Shown piece after piece: positions 63,638 to 64,000 of a DNA stretch of 64,000 nt (within the stretch, counting starts at the first letter, position 1; every line of letters begins with the position of its first letter). Source of the stretch: an uncultured delta proteobacterium (GTDB lineage Bacteria; Myxococcota_A; Polyangia; Fen-1088); the NCBI GenBank assembly GCA_963737265.1, contig CAVTRY010000023.1:32001-96000 (forward strand), in the 5' to 3' direction. A program made the position numbers and the translations under genes. The notes beneath the pieces are model-generated. The model searched no databases. It was not told the DNA's origin and saw only the letters and a list, made by a program, of their open reading frames with translations.

Positions 63638-64000
63638 CTAATTCACGTACTTCTTGCCGCTCCGCTTTCGCCCGCCGTCCAGAACCTGAAGGCCGCGGCG
63701 ACGCAGGCGAAGCCAGCGCTTGAGAAATTCCGCCGGACCCACGCCTTTGCCGCCCGAAAGGAAATACGCCAGCGCTACCGCGACCAGGGTGCCGGCCAGT
63801 GAGGGCCAAGCCCCCTGGAGCAGCGCTGAAATCACGGCCATGCCGACCAGGATGCCGGAAAGAACGCGCGCTTCGAGCACGAGCGCGCCAATCACCCGAA
63901 CTTGCGTCCGCCCGTAGAGCACGCCCAAGGCGACAAACAGAGCGAGAACGCCGTCGCCACAGCCCGCGTAGAAGCCCGGGCGGTGCAAGGTCGCGGTCAC
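63638..64000 (-). CDS. Partial membrane protein (rhomboid-like), continues beyond the window
   Basis: TM helices and basic C-terminal tail ending KKYVN. Confidence 0.5.
   Translation of the reverse strand: MTATLHRPGFYAGCGDGVLALFVALGVLYGRTQVRVIGALVLEARVLSGILVGMAVISALLQGAWPSLAGTLVAVALAYFLSGGKGVGPAEFLKRWLRLRRRGLQVLDGGRKRSGKKYVN

Overview
High-GC bacterial chromosome window. The gene content (Ser/Thr kinase with TPR-PEGA and a secreted GH16, an FHA-GAF-cyclase, a MYXO-CTERM-like tail) suggests Myxococcota; this is inference. From left to right: (1) a 577-bp transposase-less element with 23-bp terminal inverted repeats and a 9-bp target duplication, carrying only a GxxExxY nuclease-family gene, next to an orphan 3-repeat type I-E-like CRISPR array; (2) an accessory redox/efflux region with a multicopper oxidase, a porin, a CoA-disulfide reductase-rhodanese-TusA-DsrE fusion, two SPFH lipoproteins, a sigma54 two-component system with four sigma54 promoter motifs and paired enhancer-like palindromes, TolC-MFP-RND-RND and TauE; (3) a defence remnant (hicB-hicA, type IIG R-M, integrase fragment) abutting tRNA-Leu(TAG); (4) a kinase/PEGA/GH16 module and a three-gene radical SAM cluster; (5) an IS1634-like element and a complete Wadjet jetABCD behind tRNA-Leu(CAG), with an MNT-HEPN relic between jetA and jetB; (6) core-like genes (ErpA/IscA, nth, TPP riboswitch-thiC, hybrid kinase). 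Four genes have frameshifts that may be sequencing errors. All family calls come from motif recognition by eye; no database searches were run.
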